A stretch of 64,000 nucleotides of DNA. Source: Malacoraja senta (Eukaryota). Below are positions 24,773-35,849 of the stretch, one piece after another. The notes beneath the pieces are model-generated. The model made no database searches, had not been told where the DNA came from, and saw only the letters and a program-made list of their open reading frames with translations. The stretch is taken from contig CM075993.1 of NCBI GenBank assembly GCA_038087875.1, positions 12,092,001 through 12,156,000 on the forward strand, read 5' to 3'. The translations under genes and the position numbers were made by a program. The stretch's first letter is position 1; every line of letters starts with the position of its first letter.

Positions 24773-25276
24773 AGGGCCTGTCCCACTGTGGGGACCTAAT
24801 TTGCGAGTTTAGGAGAGTTTTAAAAAGTGTCATGGTCGTGTTGTATCGCCGAAGTAGAACACCTCCTACGACTATCTAGAAGACCTCCTTCGATCTCCTT
24901 CGACCTCCTTCGACTATGTTGAAGACCAGCTTCGACTAGCTTCGGGAAAATTGGACACCGAATAGTGGAGAGTGAAGACGACCTCCTTCGACTACCTTCT
25001 ATTACCCTCGATTGCCTTCGATTACCTACGACTAACATGCCGACCTACTACAACCTACTTCGGCTAAACCTATGAGTAAAAAAACATATTGATTTTTTCC
25101 ATGCCGACTTTTTTTACTCGCGGACAATTTTCAGCATGCTAAATAAACGCCTCAACCAAGCATGAAGGAGAGTTACAAAGACCTCCTAGGACCACGTGTC
25201 GACCATGCCGCGAGTATGAGTCGAGGGCAAACTCTTCTAAACTCGCCAATTAGGTCGCCGCAGTGGGACAGCCCCT
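24773..25276. mobile_element. PIF/Harbinger-type MITE, 504 bp
   Basis: TTA at 24770-24772 and 25277-25279; TIR AGGG.CTGTCCCACTG.GG.GACCTAATT.GCGAGTTTAG..GAGTTT; internal CGACCTCCTT-like repeats. Confidence 0.88.
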
Positions 25277-25397
25277 TTACTCCCTGTGTTAAAGCCTGAG
25301 TCCTCTCACCACGCAGCCCAGTTCCCTGCATCACAGCGCCACTGTGTGTCTGTCCATGGGAGAGACAGGCAACTGCACAGGGCTTCCATCCTGCACT

Positions 25398-26890
25398 GGA
25401 CAATCTCTGACACTCCCTACCGTTTCTAGATCTCACCGTCTCCATCATGGAAGACAGACATCTATTACAAACCCACTGACTCCTATGGCTATCTAGACTA
25501 CACTTCTTCCCACCCAGCTTCCTGTAAAGACTCCATCCCCAACTCCCAATTCCTCCGTCTACGCCACATCTGTGCCCCGGATGAGGTGTTCCATACCAGG
25601 GGATCGGAGATGTCCTCATTCTTTAGGAAACGGGGGTTCCCCTCTTCCATTATAAATGAGGCTCTCACTAGGGTCTCCTCGATATCCCGCCGGCCCTGCA
25701 GTCTACGGTGCTTCTGGCTGCGGCAGGGAACCTTAAATCTTGACCGCCGGCCTGCGGCCCATAACAATCTAAAGCCGCGGTCTCCGGTGAGGAAGAGCCG
25801 ATCCTGGACTGACTTGGACTCTGGTCCTGTCCACGGGGGGGAAATGGAGGAGGACTGGCCAAATTTTTGTGCCTTCCACCACAGTGATGAATGCTGTGGT
25901 GGATGTTTGTGTTACCTTTTGTGTGTTCTTTTTTATTGTATCGCTGCTGACAACCCAATCCATTGCCGGGTCGCTGCTCATGCGGTCGACCGGTCGGTGC
26001 AGATTAAATGTATTGTTTGTTTAAATTGCCCCTCGGGGACAAATAAAGTGCTTGGTAATTGGTATCCCGCAGCTCCGCTCTTGCTCCCCCTCCCCCCATT
26101 CGTAACATTGACAGAGCCCCCTTGTCCTCACCTTCCATACAGCATATAATCCTCCAACAATTTCGCCACCTCCAACGAGATCCCGCTACTGGCCACATCT
26201 TCCCATCTCCACCCCTTTCTGCTTTCAGCAGAGACTGTTCCCTCCGCAACTCCATGGTCAACTCTTTCCTTCCCACCCCCTCCCCCAGGTACTTTCCCCT
26301 GCCGCAGGACCTGTCCATTTTCCTCCCCCCTCGACTTCATCCAAGGACCCAAACAGTCTTTCCAGGTGAGGCAGAGGTTCACTTGCACCTCCTCCAACCT
26401 CATCTACTGTATCCGCTGTTCCAGGTGTCAACTCCTGTACATCGGTGAGACCAAGCGCAGGCTCAGCGATCGTTTCGCTGAACATCTCCGCTCAGTCCGC
26501 CTTAACCTATCTGATCTCCCGGTTGCTCAGCACTTCAACTCCCCCTCCCATTCCCACACTGACCTTTCTGTCCTAGGCCTCCTCCAATGTCAGAGTGAGG
26601 CCCAGCACAAATTGGAGGAACAGCACCTCATATTACGCTTGGGCAGCTTACACCCCAGCAGTTTGAATTGACTTCTCTAACTTCAAATAGCCCTTGCCTT
26701 CCCTCTCTCTCCATCCCTCCCCCTTCCCAGTTCTCCCACCAGTCTTACTGTCTCCAACTAGATTCTATCTCTCTTCCACACACTCCCCTGACATCAGTCT
26801 GAAGAAGGGTCTCGACCCAAAACGTCACCCATTCCTTCTCTCCAGAGATACTACCTGTCCCGCTGAGTTACTGCAGCATTTTGTGTCTAC
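25398..26890 (+). mobile_element. Penelope-like (Neptune-type) element 3' portion with GIY-YIG endonuclease, interrupted at 25691-26062
   Basis: ORF 26366-26671 NLIYCIRCSRCQLLYIGETKRRL...VAQHFN...LEEQHLI; hammerhead-like core at 26799-26826 (GAAA mutated to AAAA). Confidence 0.88.
25691..26062 (+). mobile_element. GC-rich non-coding retroposon with 8-bp TSD
   Basis: TATCCCGC at 25683-25690 and 26063-26070; homologous to 63459-63849; AATAAA near the 3' end. Confidence 0.75.
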
Positions 26891-28877
26891 CCCAGATAAT
26901 ACTGTACATGAATACAATTAAGTCAGACTCATTTACAATAGGAAGAGCAAAGGGAAATATACAGAGTGCAGCATATAGTTCTCAGCATTATAATGCAACA
27001 GTTCCATAGACAAAGTCCAATGTCCGCAATGGGGTAGAGGTAATAATAATAATAATAAATGTTATTTATGGGCGCCTTTCAAAAGTCTCAAGGACACCTT
27101 ACAAAGTTTAACAAATAGTGTAGAAACATGTAAGCGGAATGAAATAAATAGCAAAGACATCACCAGTACACAAATTAAAGATAGAATTAAATCCAAAATT
27201 AAATCCGCAGTTCACCCAAAAGTCAGGCCTATTGAGGCCTCCACAGTTGCCTCTATGGAGGCCCGATGTTTCTGGCCGTTTTCACTGGGTGCAGTTGCCC
27301 CGGCGTCGGGAGAGTCCTCACGGCGGCTGGGACGGCTGGAACGGCCAATTCCCTACCGGAGTCCGAGGCACCTGAAGCCGACAAGGCCGCGCCGATTTGG
27401 AGCTCCGAGGCTCCCGATGTTAGGGTCGGCGCCACCGCCCACGGCTGGTCGCTCCGCAGTCCCGCAGCCCGGAGGTGTTGAGCTCGGTGGTCGCAGCTCA
27501 CTGGAGCTCCACCGCGTCGATCCAGCTCGGCGACCCAGGCAAGGTATCGCCCGCTCCGCTCCGCGATGGCGTTCCAGCGCTGTGCCGCCACCGAAGCTGA
27601 AGGTGCTGGGCAGTCCCCGCCAGGAAACGCCGCTCCACGCCTGCTGGTAGGCCGCAAGGACGGGTCAGCCCGGAGAAAAAGCTGCCTCACCGACCAGGTA
27701 GGGTCAGAACTGGACCTAGGGTTGAGATTTTTGATTGGAGAAAGGCTAACTTTGAGGAGATGCGAAAGGATTTAAAAGGAGTAAATTGGGACAGTTTGTT
27801 TTATGGGAAAGATGTGGAAGAGAAATGGAGGACATTTAAAAGTGAAATTTTAAGAGTACAGAATCTTTATGTCCCTGTTTGTTTGAAAGGAATTAGTAAA
27901 AAATGGAAAGAGCCATGGTTTGCATGGGAAATTGGACACTTAGTTCGGAAAAAGAGAGAGATCTACAATAATTATAGGCAGCATGGAGTAAATGAGGTGC
28001 TTGAGGAGTATAAAAAATGTAAAAAGAGTCTTAAGAAAGAAATTAGAAAAGCTAAAAGAAGATATGAGGTTGCTTTGGCAAATAAGGTGAAAGTAAATCC
28101 AAAGGGTTTCTACAGCTATATTAATAGCAAAAGGATAACGAGGGATAAAATTGGTCCATTAGAGAGTCAGAGTGGACAGGTATCTGCAGAGCCAAAAGAG
28201 ATGGGGGAGATATTGAACAATTTCTTTTCTTCGGTATTCACCAAGGAGAAGGATATTGAATTATGTGAGGTAAGGGAAACAAGTAGAGTAGCTATGGAAA
28301 CTATGAGATTCAAAGAAGAGGAAGTACTGACACTTTTGAGAAATATAAAAGTGGATAAGTCTCCAGGTCCGGACAGGATATTCCCTAGGACATTGAGGGA
28401 AGTTAGTGTAGAAATAGCAGGGACTATGAGAGAAATATTTCAAATGTCATTGGAAACGGCAATAGTGCCGGAGGATTGGCGTACTGCGCATGTTGTTCCA
28501 TTGTTTAAAAAGGGTTCTAAGAGTAAACCTAGCAATTATAGACCTGTTAGTTTGACGTCAGTGGTGGGCAAATTAATGGAAAGGATACTTAGAGATAATA
28601 TATATAAGCATCTGGATAAACAGGGGCTGATTAGGAACAGTCAACATGGATTTGTGCCTGGAAGGTCATGTTTGACTAATCTTCTTGAATTTTTTGAAGA
28701 GGTTACTCGGGAAATTGATGAGGGTAAAGCCGTGGATGTTGTATATATGGACTTCAGTAAGGCCTTTGACAAGGTTCCTCACGGAAGGTTGGTTAAGAAG
28801 GTTCAATGGTTGGGTATTAATGGTGGAGTAGCAAGATGGATTCAACAGTGGCTGAATGGGAGATGCCAGAGAGTAAT

Positions 28878-31800
28878 TGTAAAGGATTGATAACGAGGCA
28901 TCGTTACTTTACTATCTTTATTCATACTAGACATTATGCATTGCACTAGCTGTACGTGGTCTGTCACAGGAACTAGAGGGCGATCTGTGGGTGTGGAGGT
29001 TGTAGTTATACTTGTGATATGGGGAGTGGTTAGTGGGTATGAGGTCACTATGTTAAAGGCACATGCATATCTCATCTACATCCTTCCCCTCCGAAACGAC
29101 AGGTAAATACAAAGGTGACATGGAGACCACGGCTCATGCGCTAGGATAGCTAGGCAACATCGCCATAGCGGTCAGGCGGTTTGACAAGACGTCCCGCCCG
29201 GGTTCGCGTCTCGCCATCCACCCTTCCTGCAGGAGGAAGAGGCACCAGCGAGGACAGACGAACCTGAAAGGGAGAAACGGGAGGAAACGGAAGAGACCGC
29301 GGCACCGAAACCGGAGGGGATGCGGGGCCGGGACCGGGAAGAGCGCGTGGGGGCGAGCGAGCACTAAGCGGAGTGTGGCGGAGCGGAGGGGGCGAAGGAG
29401 GAGCAGAGCGAGGCATGTCAGGAATCACGGGCAGGGCAACGGCCGGACGCGAAACAGGCAGCGGGGGAGCAAAGGGATCGGCGGCAGGAGGACGCGGCTC
29501 GTGGACGAGCCGAAGGTGCTGGCGGGACCGTCGGTAAATGGTCCCAGCGTAGTCGACGAAATAGGACCTGGGCGACCCCGCAGAGCCGACGACAGTAGCG
29601 AGCTTGGAGTGACCGGGAGTGGTCTGCATACGGACTACTTGACCGGAGAAGAGGGGCGGCAGCGGGTGGCAGGACCTGTCATGGGACCGCTTTTGGACGT
29701 CTTGCCTGAAGGCAATTCGTTTCTGAACCGCCGCAGGTGGAAGGACCGAGGGTATGAGGGATCGCTGGGCCACCGGGAGTGGGAGCCTGGTAGCGCGAGA
29801 CAGGAGCCGCTGAGCAGGTGAACCCATGGCAGGGTCGCGGGAAATATTTCGAAGGCTGAGGAGGGCCAGGTGGAAGTCGGAGTTAATGCCACCACACTGT
29901 TCCAACAGGTGCTTAGCACTGCGTACCGCGCGCTCGGCCAAACCGTTGCTTTGCGGGTACTCCGGGCTGCTGGTGAAATGGCGAAAGTTCCATCTGGAAG
30001 CGAACGCTTTAAACTCGGAGCTCGTGAACTGGCTGCCATTGTCCGACTGCAAGCTTGCCGGGGGGCCAAAAGTGCTAAAGTGAGGGTCTAACCTGTCGAT
30101 GACGGCCGAAGAGGTCACGGAAGGCAGCCGGTCAACCGCAAACCAGCTGGAGTAGAAGTCAACGAGTACCAGGAAATGTTTGCCCCGCCACTCGAAAATG
30201 TCTGTGGCGAGCGCCATCCAGGGCAGTCCGGGCGCGGGCTGCTGTAGAAGCGGCTGACGCTGCTGATGGGGGGCGCGGCTGTTGCAGGTGGAACACGAAG
30301 AGACCCTCTCCCGGATGTACTTTGCCATATCCGGCCAATAGAACTGTGCCTTGGCGAGAGACAAAGTGGCTTCGGCCCCAGTGTGACCGCGGTGTGCGAC
30401 CTGAAAATAGTGGTCGTGCAGCGCCGCGGACACCAGTCCCATTTCCTGGCATGCCTGGATCCCCAGCAGGGGAACGCAACTTCGATTGAGGAGAAAGAAG
30501 GTGAGGGGCCGAGTGGCCTTCAGTATCTTACAGTGTAGTGTGGCCTTGCCCACAGGAGTAAGGATCTCCCCACCGTAGGCATGCAGGTTTGAGCTCTGAG
30601 AAAATATCTTCTCATTAGTCCTTATCTGGTTGAAAAGAGATGTTGACATAACATTGGTAACCGCCCCAGTGTCGATTTTGGCCGTGAAGGTCGCGTTGTT
30701 CACAGTGACTTGCACAGAAGGATCCGTTATCATAGCAGGTGCGTTCACCACGGTAAACAAGCTGGTTTCCCCCTGAGAGGAGTTAGATGTAGGAACAGAA
30801 TGTTCATCGGAATAGTGCTGGGAGCTGAGATCATTATCCGACTGTAGAAGGTTGTTTAAATTTTGCCTTCGAGCAGCGACAGGCTTCCCACGGGAACGAC
30901 AAGCTGCAGCAAAATGGTTCAACTTATTACAGGAGTTGCAGTTCTTTCCCAGCGCAGGGCAGACATTGAACTGATGAGTTGTGAAGTTGCAATTAGGGCA
31001 CCTTTGCTGGGTGTCTCCCCTTGTTGCACCACCGAACCCCGGGGCGCGTCCCCCTCGAGCAGCGAGCGACACCGGGGGTCGCGACTGGGGTGCGTTCATG
31101 AGATAGCTAGGAGTGTTGGCGAAGTTGATCGCCTGTTCAGCCGGCGGCGCCGCCGCGGAAACAGCGTCGGCTAAGCGAGTAGCGTGCATTGCATCGGCCA
31201 AGGTCAGATCCGGCTTGCGAAGCAGTTCGGACCTGAGCTTCTCATCACGGAGACCGTAAACCAGTAGGTCCCTGATGACATTATCGGGGGTCCACGTCTC
31301 GAGGCGGCAGCGCCTGCCCAGGTCCCGCAGCGCAATGACATAGTTCTCAGCAGATTCCCCCGGGAGCTGACGCCGCGCGAACAGTTTAAAACGTTCTAAA
31401 ATGCAATTAGTAGGAATGTCACAAATAGCGTCAAACTTAGCCAACAGACATGCCGGGTCCCGAGCTGATTCTCCAGGAGCGTAGACGAAGAAGTCCGAGC
31501 GAGTCAAGGCGTTGGGACCAGCCAAGTTGAGAAGCAGTGAGGCTTTGAGAGCGTCGGTGGCGCCAGGATGGGCAATCGTGAAAAAGTGTTTAAAGTCGCG
31601 TTTGAATATGTCCCATCGAAGGGCGATGTCGAAATCGAAAACGAGCGCATCGGGCTTACGGGCAGAAGAGGCCATAACAAAAACAGTTAGGGGGGGAAAC
31701 AAAAAACTGGGTCAAAATTAAATGATAAACCGATAAACGGGAGGCGCAAGGTAAGTTATTTGACACCATGTAAAGGATTGATAACGAGGCATCGTTACTT

Positions 31801-31969
31801 TACTATCTTTTCATACTGGACATTATGCATTGCACTAGCTGTACGTGGTCTGTCACAGGAACTAGAGGGCGATCTGTGGGTGTGGAGGTTGTAGTTATAC
31901 TTGTGATATGGGGAGTGGTTAGTGGGTATGAGGTCACTATGTTAAAGGCACATGCATATCTCATCTACA
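28878..31969 (-). mobile_element. Young non-autonomous Gypsy (Mag-like) LTR retrotransposon lacking RT/RNase H, 3092 bp
   Basis: TG...CA LTRs 28878-29080 and 31769-31969, differing by eye by one substitution and one 2-bp indel; 5-bp TSD GTAAT (28873-28877, 31970-31974); PBS-like TGGTGTCA next to the 5' LTR; PPT GGAGGGGAAGGA (29081-29092). Confidence 0.96.
29150..31702 (-). CDS. Gag-protease-integrase polyprotein, 850 aa, no RT/RNase H
   Basis: Gag (F..R.Q..GES, IRD.LV.GL.D), Cys/His knuckles CPNCNFTTHQFNVC and CNSCNKLNHFAAAC, protease IDTGA...LLG, then directly integrase H-RG-H...CSTC, LATDIF, QSDNG, GLAER (35 residues counted between D and E), Pro-rich tail and TRAGR..KPP.RY. Confidence 0.92.
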   Translation of the reverse strand: MFPPLTVFVMASSARKPDALVFDFDIALRWDIFKRDFKHFFTIAHPGATDALKASLLLNLAGPNALTRSDFFVYAPGESARDPACLLAKFDAICDIPTNCILERFKLFARRQLPGESAENYVIALRDLGRRCRLETWTPDNVIRDLLVYGLRDEKLRSELLRKPDLTLADAMHATRLADAVSAAAPPAEQAINFANTPSYLMNAPQSRPPVSLAARGGRAPGFGGATRGDTQQRCPNCNFTTHQFNVCPALGKNCNSCNKLNHFAAACRSRGKPVAARRQNLNNLLQSDNDLSSQHYSDEHSVPTSNSSQGETSLFTVVNAPAMITDPSVQVTVNNATFTAKIDTGAVTNVMSTSLFNQIRTNEKIFSQSSNLHAYGGEILTPVGKATLHCKILKATRPLTFFLLNRSCVPLLGIQACQEMGLVSAALHDHYFQVAHRGHTGAEATLSLAKAQFYWPDMAKYIRERVSSCSTCNSRAPHQQRQPLLQQPAPGLPWMALATDIFEWRGKHFLVLVDFYSSWFAVDRLPSVTSSAVIDRLDPHFSTFGPPASLQSDNGSQFTSSEFKAFASRWNFRHFTSSPEYPQSNGLAERAVRSAKHLLEQCGGINSDFHLALLSLRNISRDPAMGSPAQRLLSRATRLPLPVAQRSLIPSVLPPAAVQKRIAFRQDVQKRSHDRSCHPLPPLFSGQVVRMQTTPGHSKLATVVGSAGSPRSYFVDYAGTIYRRSRQHLRLVHEPRPPAADPFAPPLPVSRPAVALPVIPDMPRSAPPSPPPLRHTPLSARSPPRALPGPGPASPPVSVPRSLPFPPVSPFQVRLSSLVPLPPAGRVDGETRTRAGRLVKPPDRYGDVA

Positions 31970-34900
31970 GTAATGGTGGATGGTTGTTTGTCAGGTTGGA
32001 GGCCAGTGACTAGTGGGGTGCCACAGGGATCTGTGTTGGGTCCACTGTTGTTTGTCATGTACATCAATGAACTGGATGATGGTGTGGTAAATTGGATTAG
32101 TAAGTATGCAGATGATACTAAGATAGGTGGGGCTGTGGATAATGAAGTAGATTTTCAAAGTCTACAGAGAGATTTATGCCGGTTGGAAGAGTGGGCTGAA
32201 AGATGGCAGATGGAGTTTAATGCTGATAAGTGTGAGGTGCTACATCTTGGCAGGACAAATCAAAATAGGACGTACATGGTAAATGGTGGGGAATTGAAGA
32301 ATGCAGGTGAACAGAGGGATCTTGGAATAACTGTGCACAGTTCCCTGAAAGTGGAATCTCATGTAGATAGGGTGGTAAAGAAAGCTTTTGGTGTGCTGGC
32401 TTTTATAAATCAGAGCATTGAGTATAGAAGTTGGGATGTAATGTTAAAATTGTACAAGGCATTGGTGAGGCCAATTCTGGAGTATGGTGTACAATTTTGG
32501 TCGCCTAATTATAGGAAGGATGTCAACAAAATAGAGAGAGTACAGAGGAGATTTACTAGAATGTTGCCTGGGTTTCAACAACTAAGTTACAGAGAAAGGT
32601 TGAACAAGTTAGGTCTTTATTCTTTGGAGCGCAGAAGGTTAAGGGGGGACTTGATAGAGGTCTTTAAAATGATGAGAAGGATAGACAGAGTTGACGTGGA
32701 TAAGCTTTTCCAATTGAGAGTAGGGAAGATTCAAACAAGGGGACATGACTTGAGAATTAAGGGACAGAAGTTTAGGGGTAACATGAGGGGGAACTTCTTT
32801 ACTTAGAGAGTGGTGGCTGTGTGGAATGAGCTTCCAGTGAAGGTGGTGGAGGCCGGTTCGTTTTTATCATTTAAAAATAAATTGGATAGTTATATGGACG
32901 GGAAAGGAATGGAGGGTTATGGTCTGAGCACAGGTATATGGGACTAGGGGAGAATACGTGTTCGGCACGGACTAGAAGGGTCGAGATGGCCTGTTTCCGT
33001 GCTGTAATTGTGATATGGTTATATGGTTATAGAAGTAGTTTCCCTCTAACCCCCCCACATTAAAAGTCAAAACTCCACCAACAGACAAAGACATAAAAAA
33101 ATTAAAAACTAAGAAAAAAGTGAATTTAACGGACGGCTGCTGGTTAGCAGTCGTTTACAGCTGGTAAGCAGCCGTTCCCCAAGATGGCTCCTCCTCCCAA
33201 GAGGTGAATCTGACAGTGCCCTAGCTTATGGAAGGATCGTTCAGAAACCTGATAACAAAGGGGAAGAGGCTATTCAATTTCACTCTGAGCAAGTCCTGCA
33301 ATGCATTTGTGGCTTTCCTGCTCAGAAGAATGTGTCCTTTGGTGAACATGATGCCTCTCACAGAGGTTGGGAGAAGGAAGGGCAGAGGGATGGTTTGTGA
33401 ACAGACTGAGGAAAGCAGAGATTAATGGAGAAAAAAGTCATTCTCGATAACGAGGGAGTGAGAAGAAGATGGAAGCGTATATCCAATAGGTCCAAGGAGG
33501 ACAGAGTTTATCACTAAGTAAACTCAAGTTCAAGTTCAGATTTATTGTCACATGTACCAATTGTAACATCTAGTGTTAAATTATACTCCCTCTTTAATGA
33601 TTACAAGATATGTTGCTCGGTTTGCAGGGACATGCCTTGAAGCACAGTCCCTGTTGATGGCAAACAGCACCTGCCACGAGCCATAACTATTAAGAGGGAG
33701 TTAGATGTGGCCCTTGTGGCTAAGGGGATCAGGGGGTATGGAGAGAAGGCCGGTACGGGATACTGAGTTGGATGATCAGCCATGATCATATTGAATGGCG
33801 GTGCAGGCTCGAAGGGCCGAATGGCCTACTCCTGCACCTATTTTCTATGTATCTATGTATATCTATAGAACATACAGGAGCTGCTCCCAATCTACTCATC
33901 CAAGCTCCCGCTGAATACCTTTTGTCATTTGCCTTTCTACAATTAAACACATTTCCCCTGAGGTCCACTCGTATCCTTATCCATAACTATCTGAAAACTC
34001 AGGCTGGCACTTATGCAGCTAGTACTCACAGCAGCAGAAACCTGGGTTCCATCCTGATCTCCTGAAAGAAGTGGGGGGGGGGGTGAAATGCTGGAAGCGA
34101 GAAAAGAGCCTGGATGGTACTTTCTCACCTCCCCCCACACACCCCTACTTTCAGTCTGAAGAAGGGTCCTGACCTGAAACGTCACCCATCCTTTTTCTGC
34201 ATAGATGTTCCTGACCCGCTGAGTTACTCCAGCTCTTTGTGTCTATTTCCTGTACTGTTCTATGTTCTATAATAAGAATCTTTACGAGGGAGGTATATCT
34301 AGAACAGGAGGGCGTAAATTTAAGGTGAGCGGGGAGACTTGTTGGGTAAACGTTTCACATGAGTGATGGTTATTTGGATTGAGCTGCCACAGTTCAGTTC
34401 AATTTCACTTTAGTTTATTGTCACGTGTACCGAGGTACAGTGAAAGGCTTTTGTTGCATGCTAACCCGTCGGCAGAAAGACAATACATGGTTTCAATCAA
34501 GCCGTTTACAGTATGTACATACATGATAAGGGAATAACGTTTAGTGCAAGGTAAAGCCAGCAAAGTCCGATCAAAGATAGTCCGAGGGTCACCAAAGAGG
34601 TAGATAGTAGTTCAGCACTGCTCTCTGGTTGTGGTAGGATGGTTCAGTTGCCTGATGACAGTTGGGAAGAAACTGTCCCTGAATCTGGAGGTGTGCGTTT
34701 TCACACTTCTGTATCTTTTCCCCGATGGGAGAGGGGAGAAGAGTGGAAGCGGTGGAGGTAGATGTAGTTAACATGTTTGAATGACATCCTCTGCTTCCTT
34801 CCATCAAGCCAATTCTCTAACCAGTTGGCTATTTCTCCCTGGATCCCATACATCTAACCTTCCAGAGGACCCTACCATGTGGAACCTTATCAAAGGCCTT

Positions 34901-35029
34901 GCTGAAGTCCATAAAAAGACAATGTCTACGGTCTTGCCCTCATCAACCATTTTGATTACTTCTTCAGAATTGAGAGATACAATCCTCCACATATAAAGCG
35001 ATACTCACTGTCCCTAATCAGGCCCTGTC

Positions 35030-35032
<3 letters not shown>

Positions 35033-35098
<66 letters not shown>

Positions 35099-35131
35099 AC
35101 ACACACACACCCACACACACACACACATCCA

Positions 35132-35170
<39 letters not shown>

Positions 35171-35195
35171 ACGCACGCACACACACACACACACA

Positions 35196-35250
<55 letters not shown>
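35033..35250. repeat. (CA)n microsatellite
   Basis: About 220 bp of near-perfect CA. Confidence 0.98.
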
Positions 35251-35252
<2 letters not shown>

Positions 35253-35849
35253 GTATCTTGCCTACCACAGACATATGGTTATGTAAATATGCTCCTAAAG
35301 CTTACCCCCCTTAGTCTAGTTCAGTAAAAACACTGAGTCAAGCACTGGACCAACTAATCTTTATTTTAGAACGAACAACAAATTCCCCTATATAATACCT
35401 AACCACCTAGTCTCTGCCTGGCCAAGCCCTTCAGCCTTGTGCAAGCAGACATGATCCAAAAGGTCATGCAGTCCCAAGACCCCTTCCAGAATATCGACAC
35501 CGATCTAAATGGGGGCTACCTTTTATAGGTCAACGGACCTTGAGGGGCCAAACTGCATGGGGTGGTTCCCCTTACAAACCAATCATACATATCAATTACA
35601 TCAAAGTATTATTGACAGTTCCCCAACCCAATTACAAAGAGTCTCAAACATTGTTTCTACAGAAGCTTCTGGAAGGAAGTCAGCTTAACTGAATAATGCA
35701 ACATTTACCCTGGAATACAAAACAATTCTGCAAGGGCCTCACACTCTGGCCAATCAACAAACAACAGGGTAACTGTCTTGCAACATTATTTACATTGTTT
35801 ACAATTCCTTTGCAGTAATCCAATCAAAGCAATGCATTTAAGTTCATTT

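Larger units (their letters stand above)
27700..33030 (+). mobile_element. 5'-truncated young CR1 LINE (ORF2 27760-28877 plus 31970-32806), split by a Gypsy insertion
   Basis: [52 protein letters not shown]; (ATATGGTT)n tail. Confidence 0.95.
27042..33199 (-). mobile_element. GC-rich non-coding retroposon (27042-27702 plus 33031-33199) split by a CR1
   Basis: AGAGGT direct repeat at 27036-27041 and 33200-33205; (TTA)n tail; both halves are colinear with the uninterrupted relative at 50758-51645. Confidence 0.7.

Noticed and set aside
34956..35248. Cys-Val repeat ORFs
   Set aside because: Translation of the (CA)n microsatellite.
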